Source: Selaginella moellendorffii (taxonomy: Eukaryota > Plantae > Lycopodiophyta). From it: a DNA stretch of 64,000 bases. The position numbers and the translations under genes were made by a program. Shown here one piece after another: positions 12,922 to 24,962 of the stretch; position 1 is the stretch's first letter; every line of letters begins with the position of its first letter. The DNA lies in the NCBI RefSeq assembly GCF_000143415.4, contig NW_003314261.1:1502117-1566116 (forward strand), in the 5' to 3' direction. The notes under the pieces were generated by a model. It had not been told where the DNA came from and searched no databases. It saw only the letters and a list, made by a program, of their open reading frames with translations.

Positions 12922-14457
12922 CTAAACGTAAAGCTCTGCCTTCAAACGGGGCATTGCAAGAGCACTCAGATGCACTCTCTTCCGGAGCGTCACCCCAAAT
13001 TCCTCCTCCATATTCAGCTCTTGCAGTCCTGCTGGCAAATTCCACTCGAATCCCTGGATCAACCTCGCAAGTGAGAGTTCAACCATGGCCAATCCCAAGC
13101 CCATCGCCGGGCACATCCTCCGCCCAGATCCAAACGGAAGAAGCTCAAAGTGCTGCCCTTTGACATCAATCACACTCCTCGCAGCAAACCTGTCCGGATC
13201 AAACATCTCCGGACGCTCCCACCACCTTGGATCCCTCCCGATTGACCACACGTTGACCGTGGCCCTGGTTCTGGCGGGAATGCGGAGTCCGTTGACCAGA
13301 CACTCTTGCGTTGACTCGTGCGGGACCAGCAGCGGGACCGGCGGGTGCAAGCGGAAGGTCTCCTTGGCAATCGCTCTAACGTAGCCGAGGTTGAGGAGAT
13401 CATCTTCGTTCACGGCTCGGTCAAACCCCACGGCCTGGTCAATCTCGCGCTGGGCTTTGAGCATGCAAGCTGGATTGCGTATGAGTTCTGAGAGAGCCCA
13501 CTCAGTGGTGATGGAAGCGGTGTCGACGCCACCACCAAACATATCCTAGAAGCAAAGAAAGGTGAGATTTTCAAAGAAATGTTGTTCAACGATCCATGTT
13601 CTTTGACTCACCATGATCATGCCCTTGCGATCATTGTCATCTACTTCATCCAGCGAGAGCAGCACATCGACAAGATCTGGAGCTCGTTGTTTCTCCGCAT
13701 TTACGCATCTGTGCTCGTCGATGATTGCCTGGAATATCGTGTCAAGCTTGCCCTGTACGGCTTTCATCTTTGGAACAGTGCCCAGGTAATCATCCATCCA
13801 GCCGAGATAGGGGAAGTAATCACTGGGAACAAAACCAGTCACAAGACCAATCGCCTCTTGCAAGAGCTCTACAAACGAGGATTCCTCAAACTTCCGGCTG
13901 AATGCCATGAAACTCACCAAGTTCATGTTGGTCATTGACAATTTGGCATTCATGTCAATAGCAACCCTTCCATTGTCACCCTCCCGAGCAATAGAGGTCA
14001 CAAGACGAGAAATCTCTTCCATCCTCAGCTTCTTTGACTCCTCCACCCTCTTGGCCGTGAAGAGCTCCAGAGTACTAACCTTCTTCATTGTCCTCCAGTA
14101 CGATCCATACTCGCACCACACCATATCCCTTGCGTTGAAGAAGATAAACTTGGCAGCGGCAGTCCTTGGCCTGGATGCAAAGACGATGTCCTGCGTGGAG
14201 AGAATGGTTTTTGCAGCATCTGGAGAAGAGATTACAAGCGTTGGAACAGAGCCTAGATTGATGCTCATGACAGATCCAAACTTCTTGGAGAGACTAGAGA
14301 GGGCTTTGTGTGGATGCCTTCCCAGCATGTGAAGATGGCCCAAAAGTGGAATCGCTAAAGGCCCTGGCGCTACATTTTTCTTGCTCTGATAGATGCGAAG
14401 CCACCACAATAGGAGAGGGAGCAGCACAATCAAAAGAGTTACCACGAGAGCTGCCAT
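12922..14457 (-). CDS. Cytochrome P450, CYP71 clan, copy 2 (tandem paralog)
   Basis: Same motifs (GGVDT, PFGSGRRMCPA), one intron ~13546-13611, and long tracts identical to copy 1. Confidence 0.93.
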
Positions 14458-14859
14458 GTTCTGGAACTCCAATTGGTATGAACTTATGAGCGGTAAGATC
14501 CAACACAAGTTGGACCTAGTGGAAGATAGCGTGTTGGATCAGATCTAGTGGAAGCGAGAGGAGATCTTGATCCCGGTATTTGCTGAAATCAATCAGCAAT
14601 CGCAATTCTAATAATGATGATAACGGTATTACCTTGGTGAGCTAGATCTTCCAGATGCGAATTGTTTAACATGGCATTGGATCACTACGTCAAGAGTATC
14701 TTCAAATGCATTTTGACAAAAGAACAAAAAATTGAACTAAAATTATCTTTTTAAAAAGAATAAAATTGTTGTTACACTGGAGAGAGAACCAACTTGTTTT
14801 AAGTCAGTCCGAACCAAGAACCAAAACTATTGCTAGAAAGTGTGATCTTTGTTTGTAAA

Positions 14860-15939
14860 TCACGTACCGCTGTAACCCGATGGAACGCTCGCCACTGGAA
14901 CTGCACTTGCGGGATACGAAACTCCATAGCCGGGGTGAATCCCATAATACTGTCCCTGACAGGCGGCTTGTCCTCCAAACGCTGCCGGATAGTTGTATGA
15001 CCCCGCCCTCGAAGATGGCGGAGGAGCTTGGGCGTAGTGATAGTTGACGAGAGGATGAGGAGCTTGTTTCATGGTGTTGTGAGCGATCGCTGGAGCCATC
15101 AAAGGCCGCATGGCTTGATGGTGGTGATGATCCATGGACGCTTGATCGTGCTTGATTTGCTGCTGCTTGGCCAGCCCCTCGGCGGCGAGCTTGCAGTGAA
15201 CTTGGTGGCCATCGATCGTCTTGAAAGGATCCAGCAGCGCCTTGCGCGCTCCCTCGGAGGTTCTGTAGATGATGAGCGCGAATCCCTTGGAAGCTCCAGT
15301 GGAGCGGTCGAATCCCAGCGGACCCTCGGCGATCTCTCCAAACTGGGAGAAGATGGCCAGCACCTTGTCCGCGCTCGTCCCCACTGGAACGCTCCCGACG
15401 TAGATCTTCCTGGTGGAGACGTCTTCGATGAATGGCCTCGGCGGAGGAGGATTGATGGATGGAGTGATCGAAGAGCAAGGAGTGGAGGAAGAAGAGGTTG
15501 ACGCGAACTGGCAAGCGGTCATTCTTCCATCGATCCTCTTGCTCGGCTCCTTGAGCGCGCGGAGAGCTCCATCCATATGCTTGAAACTGACGAAGCCGAA
15601 TCCCCGGCTCTTTTGCGTGGCCTTGTCCCGGATGATCACGGCCTCGTCCACCTCCCCGGATTGCGAGAAGACGCCCTTGAGCGTCTCGGCGGTGGTGTCC
15701 CAGCCCAATCCCCGCACGAAGAGCTTGCGGTGCGCGGGATCCCTGTCCACGTACCTCCGGACCTCTTCCAGAACAGCCGGGTGCTGCAAGCAAGAAATCT
15801 GGAGGATGTAGTGCATGGCGCCGCGATCCAGCGGCTCCAGGAGCTTGAGAACGTCGGCGCTATCGAGATCCGGCTGCTCAACTCCGCCGGCATCGCCGCC
15901 CGGATCCTCCTCCGCCTTGCGCTTCTTGCTCTCCATCAT
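14860..15939 (-). CDS. UBA2: UBP1-associated protein 2-like hnRNP with two RRMs
   Basis: DRDPAHRKLFVRGLGWDTT...SRGFGFVSF...PSKRIDGR (RRM1) and RKIYVGSVP...EEGPLGFD-like..SKGFALIIY (RRM2); low-complexity C-terminus; uninterrupted ORF. Confidence 0.9.
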   Translation of the reverse strand: MMESKKRKAEEDPGGDAGGVEQPDLDSADVLKLLEPLDRGAMHYILQISCLQHPAVLEEVRRYVDRDPAHRKLFVRGLGWDTTAETLKGVFSQSGEVDEAVIIRDKATQKSRGFGFVSFKHMDGALRALKEPSKRIDGRMTACQFASTSSSSTPCSSITPSINPPPPRPFIEDVSTRKIYVGSVPVGTSADKVLAIFSQFGEIAEGPLGFDRSTGASKGFALIIYRTSEGARKALLDPFKTIDGHQVHCKLAAEGLAKQQQIKHDQASMDHHHHQAMRPLMAPAIAHNTMKQAPHPLVNYHYAQAPPPSSRAGSYNYPAAFGGQAACQGQYYGIHPGYGVSYPASAVPVASVPSGYSGT

Positions 15940-16072
15940 GCCCTAAATTACACGCCAAGAAAGTGTAGAACGCCACGTGGCAAACACGGGAATATGCCAC
16001 ATCAGCTACTCTTTACCCATGACGTGGCATTGCAGTGACGTGGTAATAAACCTATATTTTTGGAGAGGAGAA
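15940..16072. promoter_or_regulatory. Compact bidirectional promoter (UBA2 / SET gene) with G-box/ABRE motifs
   Basis: Only ~133 bp between divergent ATGs; palindromic GCCACGTGGC at 15972-15981 and two GACGTGG motifs at ~16021 and ~16037. Confidence 0.65.
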
Positions 16073-18017
16073 ATGTGGGCGCCGGTGGCGCCGCCCAGGA
16101 TTCTTATTCTTCCCGGCGTGGCTGGATCGATCTCGAGGAGGTTTTGCGCGCTTCAGGTACGCTGATAGATCGATTGTCGATCGCTTTCGCGAGTTCTTGG
16201 CTTGATCATTCCAGAACCAGGCGCCCCGGAAGCTGAGCAATGGCTACGCAGGGTTTATGTCGTGGCTCGCGAGCCGGAACGATGACGGCGATCTATCGGC
16301 GGTGCGCATTGGGACATCGCAAGAATCTGGCAGGCAGGTCGAGTAGCAGTGGAGTTCGTGGTTTTATTTTTGTCCTTTTGATTCATTGATGAGTCTATGA
16401 CGCAGGGGATTGTTTGCGAGCCGTCCAGTTCGTGCGGGAGAACGCGTGCTGGAAATTTCTCTAGACTTGGTCTGTGTTGTTTGGTCCTTTCTTCTTTTCC
16501 ACTTAATGTTGGTTCTTGTTTACGCCCAGATGATAGCTCCTAGTGATCTTCCTGACGAGCTCAGCATGGTTTTGCCCAGCACTGTTAAGCCGTGGACCAA
16601 ACTTGCTCTTATTGTCCTCATGGAACGCTACAAAGGCCAGGCAAGTTTACTCTCAACATTTTCGTCTTCGCTTTGCTAAATCTTTCTTGCAAGAGCTCCA
16701 GTCGTCAGTATGGGCACCATACATCTCGTGTCTTCCTCAACCAGCGGAGCTCGACAACACGGTACTGGACTATCGAGTTTTTGTTTCTCAAAATTTTCAA
16801 GTGCGTAGTTTCTTTGGGAGGACACCGAGCTAAGTTACTTGAAGGCGAGCCCTTTATACGGCAAGACTCGTGAGCGGCTGGAAATGATAACAACTGAGTT
16901 TGGCCAAGTGCAAAACGTAAGTACTTGGGGTAGTTTTCTATTTTGCAAGCTTTCATTCACTTCTTTTTTACTGTTTTTTTCTTTTCCAAATGGTTTCAAG
17001 GACTTTTTTACTTTGATGCTTGAAGGATTTTTGTAAGCGTTTCTAACGTACTTGCCTGTGTACTTGAGCAGGCACTTAATGTTTGGCCTCAACTATTCGG
17101 TAAAGTTTCTCTTGAAGACTTCAAGCATGTATACGCCACAGGTACAGGAAGCAAGCTTGTTTCTTGCTAGTTTTGTTCGTCCTTCCTTTGCAGTTTTTTC
17201 TCGTTCACTAGCCATTGGAGAGGACTCGACATTAGTAATGGTATGTCTCTTTTTATTTCTGTTTACTTCCTTGTGTACATTATAACGCGGCGTTAGCAGA
17301 TACCAATGCTCGATTTTTTCAATCACAACGCAACCAGCTTTGCGAAGCTCTCCTTTAACGGGCTTCTGAACTACGCAGTTGTAAGATACGCGTGAAGTTC
17401 TTTCTTTTTCTTTTCCTTACCACAAGCAGGTTACAGCGGACAGAGCCTATACTGAAAACGATCAGGTAGAGGCAGTGGTCTTTGTTTTGTTTTCATGTTT
17501 CATTCGGCTTCGCAGATTTGGATAAACTATGGTGATCTTTCAAACGCAGAGCTTGCACTTGATTATGGCTTCACTGTGCCTGAAAATCCGTATGACGAGG
17601 TAATGAGCGTGCTAAGAGGTGTGTTGCTGAATCACTTTTCACAAACTGCAGACTGATCTATTGACGCAATTCCCGGAAATGAACACGATACTTAAAGATC
17701 AACTTGGCGGAAACACGCCGTAAAACATTCCTTTTTCTTTGAAGAGACTAATTGTTTGTGCTTCTCAGGGGTCAAAAACCACTTCATGGTTCTCCTGTGT
17801 GCCTGGAAGTAGCACGGCGAATCGAGACGCATGAAAAATCAATCCTGGTTGGGCCCTTCTCTCGAGCTTTTATCGTTTTAACACTGTCTCGCAGGAACTA
17901 AATCAACACTCATGGAGGTCGAGAAGTAGACAACTTCTAGCTGCAGCCGTCCTAGATGGTGAGCTGAGAGTTTTAAAGAGCGTGAAGCATCGGCTGGATG
18001 GCACTCGCCAGGCATAA
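16073..18017 (+). CDS. Rubisco-LSMT/SETD3-type SET-domain protein lysine methyltransferase
   Basis: Spliced: ...SGR/GLFASRPVRAGERVLEI...KLALIVLMERYKGQ/SSVWAPYISCLP...FSRS...IPMLDFFNH...IWINYGDLSNAELALDYGFTVPENPYDE. Probable GC-AG introns (gcaggt, gcaagt). Confidence 0.85.
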
Positions 18018-18258
18018 CTTTGGCATCTAGTTCCATCCTGTGACTTTTACATTTTTGTCTAAGATCCTTTTGGATTGCTCAAAGCTACCTAGAATTCTTT
18101 CGTTCTGACCACTCAGCGTAGGAGTGATCAGAGGAAAGCTTGACGAAAGCCTCGGAAAATTGCGAGCCATTCCACGTATATTTTAATGCCTTATCAGAAT
18201 AACAAGAGTTAGAGCAGATTGCTAGCGAAAAACGCTTCTTACCAAAGGTGATCACTGG

Positions 18259-20468
18259 CTAGAGCTTGAAAGAGGAAGGTTGCATCGATTTTTCAATCTT
18301 AGCTTTGGCAGCGGGCTGAGTTTTTTGCCGGTCAAGCTCCGCAAAAACCTGCAGAATTAACACGACGCTCAATACAAGCCTGCAAACTTGCGAATTCTCA
18401 CCTTGGCAGATTTCACGAAGTCGGAAGTTTGCTTCTTCTTAGGAGCTGCGGAAAGCTGTTCTTCAGTTTTGTCATCCGTTCGAGGCCTTTTAGGCAGAGC
18501 TTGGGCTTTTTGTTGAGCTGAAACACTTTGCGTAAGAACATCATATTCCTGCGATATGACACCATCCCACCTTTATATTTACGCTTCTTTGAGGCACGCC
18601 TCCTCTTCCTATCGCCTTTGTCGAGCTCCTTCTCGTCTTTTACTGCTCCTTTACCGCTAAACATCTCCTCCGGGGCTAACATCGATGCGTCCGAAACGAA
18701 TACAGGCGCCACCTAGAGAAACCATAGAGCTCAGTCTCAAGCACTTTTAAAACGCAAACACACCTCTTCCATAGCAAGCGCTGGAACATCTTTGACAGCC
18801 ATGTCTTCTATCACCTGCACAGCCAGCCTTAGCCACATGATATCACGAAGAAGTCCTTACAGGTTTTGGAGCGAAATGGAAGTGAGCCAGCGCATCCAGT
18901 TTTATGCATAACCTTTTAAACACATCTCTTGCCTGCATTAGCAGAGAGTAGGTAACAGCCACAATGAGTGAAAGAGAACAAAACCTCTTGTTTCAGTTTA
19001 TCTGCTTCGGTTTCCGGAGCTGATGCAAGCCCTGCAGATTGCATGTATTCCTCCTGAAACAAGAAAAAACGAAACAGATCAAAAGATTGCAGGAAGTTTC
19101 ACGTTGATAAATACCTCGTATAATTCACCCAATCCCTTCGTGCTTTTGCTTTCATCCTGTAAGAAATTAGAAGTTTCGACGTTAGACTTGTACGCTTAGA
19201 ACACACAATCGACTTACGATTTCCATCTTTTGCGCAAGAGGCACATCTGGTAGTTTTTGCTTCCTTTCAACATCATCGAACAGGCCCTGAAACAAAATAC
19301 AGTTTTAAGCGTTGAAGCCTTTGCGAAAAGAAAGGCGTACGTCAATGATACGACGCCGAATGAGATCTTCGAGAGAAGTCGTGACTTCTTCGGTGATTAC
19401 AGGTGCAGGTCGCGCGTTATGCTCGAAATCCAAATCAGCTTCAAGCGCGCTGTTCTTGGGTCGTTTGGCTGCCGTAATCTAGGAGAACTTGTATCAGAAA
19501 CATGGAAAAACATGCGTGAAATTACCTCTCCACGCATTGTCCAGTCTTTTGGATCCATGTTAGCCTTTTCCAGCAGCTCGATACGCTTTTGTGTCTTCTC
19601 CAGTTGTTTTTCATGCGAAGATTTTTCTTGCACCCTCTCGCTTTTACGTCCTTGTTCTTGTTGTCCTTCGTCCTCTTCATTAACCTCTTCTTCTTCATCT
19701 TCCCCTTGTTCATCATCATCATCGTCATCATCGCCTGGTTCTTCTTCTTGTTCCTTGTCATGATCTTTAACTTGGCTCTTTTCCTTGCTCTTGATCTTTC
19801 CATAGAAATCCTCGTATCTACAAAGGTCTCAGCAAGAGAAAATCAATATCGAGTTACCTTATATCTTTATCTCCGTCGTCAGAATCCGCACCATCGTCCT
19901 CGTCATCCTCCTCGTCATCCTCCTCGTCATCCTCCTCTTCATCCTTTTCAGGAGCCTCGTCCCCCCGTTGGTAGTCTTCCTCAGCATCCAGCAAAAATCT
20001 ATCCATATCCTTGAGCTTCAAGAACTTGTCCTCCAAAACATTCGACACTCCAGCCTCCGCCTCTTCCTCCTCTTCATCAGACACTTCCTCTCCCTCATTT
20101 TCCTTGTCCTCCTCACTAAGAGAATCATCACTAGCCTCCGCCTTTCCGTTCTCTTGCTCCTCAGTAACAGCATTTCCCAATCCAAAAAAATCCCCGGCAG
20201 CGTCCACCTTCTCCAAATCCCTGATCTGCCTCCTCACGGACGCAAGAAGCTGGCGATCCTGGATCTCGATCTGCTGCCATATCTGCTCGGCGTCGAATCC
20301 CTGCGTAAGCAGCCGGCGTAGCGGATTCCTGGGAAAATACGTGACAGCGAGCGCGAATATCTGCTCGGAGAAAGATCTGGCACTGCTCACAAGCTCCGGC
20401 GACGCATCCAGCCACGCGCTGGCCTCAGAATCGCGCACAGCAGCCACCTCCGCGCCATCGAGCGCCAT
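18259..20468 (-). CDS. MPP10: U3 snoRNP protein MPP10
   Basis: [10 protein letters not shown], acidic tracts, [56 protein letters not shown], terminal ...SFKL*. Confidence 0.93.
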
Positions 20469-20560
20469 AAACCCTAAAAATGCCCCAAGGGTTTTAGGGT
20501 TTAAAGGGCATATTCTACGAATATCGTCGAGTGGGGGGGTTTAGGGTTTTAGGGTTCTCG
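20469..20560. promoter_or_regulatory. 92-bp bidirectional promoter (MPP10 / RCC1 gene) with telo-boxes
   Basis: AAACCCTA at 20469-20476 and TAGGGTTT at ~20495 and ~20542, between divergent ATGs. Confidence 0.7.
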
Positions 20561-22324
20561 ATGGCGTGGAGCGCGATGCTGCGGCGAGCAGCGCCATCAC
20601 ACCTCGCATTTCGATCGCTCCAGCGGCGGCGGATAGGATATCTGGCGGATCGAGTGAGCAGCGGCGAGCCGGCGGAGCTGGAGGTATGGGCGTGGGGGCG
20701 GGGGACTCACGGGCAAGTCGGACATGGATCCGAGGACACGGAGAAGCTGCCGGTGCTAATCTCCACGCTCAAGCTCGCGGCATTCACAGGGATGGCTCCA
20801 ATCCAGGGGAGAATGCCGGTGGACATGGAAGTGGCCGCGCAGGCCGAGGAGGTGAGGCTGGATGTGCTTGAGAGGTGTGGTGTTTTTAAGAGGGCCGCCG
20901 CCGGTGGTGGTGGCGGTGGTGGTGGCGTGGATCCATCGCTCTTTGTGGAGAAGGCCAAGCCCCGGCTGGGAAACGTTGGAGTGACTTGCGGGCTCTTCCA
21001 TTCGGTGCTCTTCGCCGAGCAGGATGTTTTTGTGTGGGGGAAGGGCGATGGTGGAAGGCTGGGCATAGACACGGAGTTTAACCAGTACAAGCCTTACGTG
21101 AATCCCAGGATCAAGAGGGTCCAAATGGCGAGCGCTGGAGGATTGCACAACATCGCTCTCACAGAAGTTGGAAATGTGTATACATGGTACGTGAGATCAT
21201 CCTTGGTTTTTGATTTCTTCTTTTCTTGTTCTTGCGCTTGAGATGTGTTGATGCCAAAGCTTGCAGGGGGTACGGGGCTTTTGGTGCTCTAGGCCATGGA
21301 TCATACGAGCGAGAGCTTCTTCCCAGATTGTTGGAGGGCCCGTGGAAAGACAGGATAGTTCACGTTTCGGCCGGGGGATCGCACACCGCCGCAGTCACGG
21401 AAAGTGGTAAGCAAAGTTCTCTTTTTTCTTGAGCAAGTCTGATTGTTTTCTTCTTCTTTCTTCTGTAAAGGCGAGCTTTACACATGGGGAAGAGACGAGG
21501 GTGAAGGAAGGCTCGGGCATGGAAACCCGGACATCATGGACGAAGGTGCATTGAGCAGGCCGACGAAGGTCCAAGCGCTAGACGTTCCCATCGCCTTGGT
21601 TTATTGCGGGGGATTTTTCACAATGGCTCTCACTAAGTCGGGACAATTATGGTCCTGGGGAGGTATATTTTTCTTTTCCTGAAAACTGGGGAGACTAGTG
21701 TTGATTCTGTTCAGGGAATGCAAACCATGAGCTTGGCCATGGAACGAGAGCGAATAACTGGAAGCCCAAGGTTGTAGCCGCTCTGGAAGATGTGACTCTA
21801 GTGCAAGTAGCTTGTGGTGGATTCCATGCTGCTGCTCTCACTCGTAAGTTCTTGCCTTGGATTTTTCTTGTTGGTACGTAACATTCTACTTGTTTCGCTT
21901 AAGAGGACGGGAAAGTGATTACATGGGGATATGGTGGAAATGGCCAACTTGGTCATGGGACTTTGGAAAACGGGAAAGAGCCGGCTATTGTCGAGGCTAT
22001 GGCTGATAAAACATGCACTTACATTGCTTGCGGACCGGCTTGGACAGCAGCAATCACTGGTTAGTAGCGTTTTCTTTTTTTCTTGCCAGAAATGCTCATA
22101 TGCTTTCAGAGAATGGGGATCTATATACGTGGGGAAAGAATCGCGACTACCAGCTCGGAATTCCTGGACTTAAGGATGAGCAACTAGATCCCGTTTTGGT
22201 ACAATTTCCACAGGCTCTTCATGAGAAAACTCCGGTAGAAGTGTTGGGTGTTTCTTGTGGAGCTAATCACGGGGTTTGTATTGTTTCGAGACCCAAACCA
22301 GCTCAGGTAACACAGAGCTTGTAA
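20561..22324 (+). CDS. RUG3: RCC1/UVR8-like beta-propeller protein, probably mitochondrial (RUG3-like)
   Basis: Arg-rich N-terminal presequence; repeated VWGKGDGGRLG, WGYGAFGALGHG, WGRDEGEGRLG, WGYGGNGQLGHG, WGKNRDYQLG RCC1 repeats. Orthology to RUG3 is inferred from motif recall. Confidence 0.8.
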
Positions 22325-22440
22325 CATTGGAATTCGTAAACAAAGACGCGATGGTAAGGTGATAATCCTGGATGTCAGCTCCACTATGAAGAAGGCTTAC
22401 ACTGTGATGATTCTTCCATTTGGTTTGATTTTGAGTGAGT

Positions 22441-23663
22441 ATGGAGCCCAAGAGCAGGATTCTGATCGTTGGAGCTACGGGATACATCGGCAAGTACATC
22501 GCTACTGCTAGTATTCAATCGGGTCATCCAACTAGTATACTAGTTCGTCCACAGGTACTTTCAAGCTATCTATATTTCTTCTTTGATCTCTGGGGTGAGC
22601 TTCAGGTGTCAAAACATGTTGATAAAGTCCGGTTCCTGGTTGGGCTAAGAAAAGCCGGAGCAACGATTTACACCGTACTAGCTATCATCAGTTACTTGGT
22701 GTTGGTTCACTTACATTTCTGCTTTTTGGAAACCAGTGCTTTCTGGAAGACCGAGAGGATCTTGTGCGAATATTACAGCAAGTCGATGTTGTGATCTGCG
22801 CTCTTGGGGAAGATCAACTAAAGCTCCAGTACGATCTCATCAGAGCCGTGAAAGAAGCTGGAAACATCAAGGTGAAGTTTACGGTTTTCAAGTGAATCCC
22901 GACTTACACAGTTGTCTTCTCCAGAAGTTCTACCCCTCCGAGTTTGGGATGGACGCGGATAGGATCTGCAAGGACCAGTCCATTCCCGAGAGCCCCATGT
23001 ATAGGGACAAGGTAGCTATCCGGAGAGCCATCGAAGCAGCAGGAATTCCTCATACGTTTTTCATGGCGAACTGTATCATGGGGCTCATGCTCGCCAGTTT
23101 CGTACAAATGGACGGTTTCCCGACTTTCACTCCACCCAGAGACAAGGTTTGCATTTACAAAGATGGAGATCACAAAGGTACCAGTTTTGTTGTTTCTAGA
23201 TCATGCATTTGTCTCTTTTTACTTTGGCGGATTCACAGTCATGTATATCTCCGAGGAGGACCTCGCAACTTACTTGCTCAAGTCGGTCGATGATCCCAGA
23301 ACACTCAACAAGGCTCTTTACGTTCGCCCTCCCGGAAACGCCTTGACAATGAACGAGCAAGTAGCATTGTGGGAAGAAATGACCGGCAGCACCCTTGAAA
23401 AGAGGTGGATGAGTGAGGAGGAGGTTCTTCTACACATCAACGGTGAGAGCTTTCATTTGCGAGGTCTACTGACGGGATTGTTTGGTTTTGCAGACGCTCA
23501 AACTCCATTGCAGCTCAGAGAGGTGTGGACGCGCATCTATCACGTTTTTTACAATGGAGCTATGTGCTTCGAGTTGGCTCCTGATGATATTGAAGTCACT
23601 GCTTTGTATCCTGAGGTAGAGTATACTTCTCCACAAGTATATCTCAAGCCTTATGCGTGCTGA
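22441..23663 (+). CDS. Isoflavone reductase-like / PIP-family (PCBER/PLR/IFR) NmrA reductase, copy 1
   Basis: SRILIVGATGYIG, VDVVI, AVKEAGNIK/KFYPSEFG.D, RRAIEAAGIPHT, VDDPRTLNK, LYPEVEYT; 5 short introns. Confidence 0.92.
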
Positions 23664-24294
23664 TTCCCTGATCAACATCCTTGATCAACACGGAGCTTCA
23701 ACAATGAATACTAACTTGCTCCACGTATCAAGCAGAAACTTGCACGGCAATCTTGAAAATGTTCTGGAGGCAAACTCCATAAGTTCAATAATGTTAGTTT
23801 TCTTCTCTCAGGAATCCAAAGTGTTTGGTTACGAAGATCTTATTCACATTTTCACACTTGTTCCTGCACAACCAGCTAGAGGTCTCTTTTGTCACTAAAG
23901 TAGTGAGTGAAGGAGGTGTCATTGAGCAACTTTTCCTTGAGAGTTTTAGGCAGCAAGATGTGTACGTCGACACTGCTGCTTTGATCGATTGATCTGAGCT
24001 GGAAAAAGTGCTACAAACGATGGCAGACAAGAGAATGCAAGACTGAGCTAATGCACCACCCCGCCACCCAAAATCATTGCCTGGAAACCTCCACAGAGCT
24101 GTGCTATAATGCATTGATGCCAGCATTGCCCCAGGAAAGTCCAGCTACGTAGAGCTTGTGGTCTAAAATTTAAAGGGCTAAGCATTACTTACCACCAAGG
24201 AAGCAATGCTCAAGAAAATTAACATTTAGAAAGTTTTAATCTTCATTTTACAAACAAAATTTGGCTAATGGTTTTTTTTTTTGCTTTTTTTTTT

Positions 24295-24879
24295 TCAGTA
24301 AATCACAAATTGTTGAGGGCGTGAATAGCTTTGCTGCTGACCATATTGTGACTCAACTACAGTGTTAATAAACTGTGATTGTCCTGGAAGTAAATGTGCA
24401 CCAATCTTAGCTAACTCATCTGCAACTTGATTTCCAGCGATGTCGTAGTGCCCCTTCACCTTACAAAAATGAACTGGAACAAGTGATGTTCCTGCAAGCC
24501 AAACTATCGTCTGGATGATATCTGCATTTGGATGGCGACCCAGGGCTATTGGATCTTGCACATACATCTCCAGCAGCGTCAAGGAGTCATAACTGTCGGT
24601 GTATACAAAGATTGGCTCCCACAATCCCCAGCGCCATTCCATCTCTAAACAGATTTCGAGGGCTCGCATCAAACCCAACAGCTCAAACGTGATAGTGGAG
24701 CTTGTATGTAAGTTGTCGTTTGCCCTTCTTCCACAAGCGAGTCGCATGGAAACTCTCGGGATAAACACTCCATAACCTCCGAAAACCCCACGCTTGAAAG
24801 ATCCATCGGTAAAAGCCTGCAATCCATGATCGCTGGCTACCATTTCCCGCGTACGCACGACCTTGTCCACCTCAAACAT
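24295..24879 (-). CDS. Stand-alone RNase HI-like protein, copy 1 (intronless, 194 aa)
   Basis: AFTDGS, TFELLGL..AL, VYTDS, KVKGH, GNQVADELAK: full D-E-D-H-D catalytic set. TATATAAA ~75 bp upstream; A-rich tract directly after the stop. Confidence 0.88.
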   Translation of the reverse strand: MFEVDKVVRTREMVASDHGLQAFTDGSFKRGVFGGYGVFIPRVSMRLACGRRANDNLHTSSTITFELLGLMRALEICLEMEWRWGLWEPIFVYTDSYDSLTLLEMYVQDPIALGRHPNADIIQTIVWLAGTSLVPVHFCKVKGHYDIAGNQVADELAKIGAHLLPGQSQFINTVVESQYGQQQSYSRPQQFVIY

Positions 24880-24950
24880 ATTTCACTTGCTCACCTTTAA
24901 TGCTCTCTTCCTGTTCTGGAAAGTATACCTAACCCAAAAAGGCAATGGCA

Positions 24951-24962
24951 TTTTATATAAGC
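24951..24962 (-). promoter_or_regulatory. Putative TATA box of the RNase H gene (conserved in all six full copies)
   Basis: Minus strand reads gcTTATATAAAatg, ~75 bp 5' of the ATG. Confidence 0.55.

Noticed and set aside
14804-16038. Long overlapping ORFs (329, 157, 153 aa) over UBA2
   Set aside because: Shadow frames of a GC-rich intronless CDS.
19895-19945. 12-bp tandem repeat (cctcgtcatcct)n
   Set aside because: Encodes the acidic DDEE tract of MPP10.
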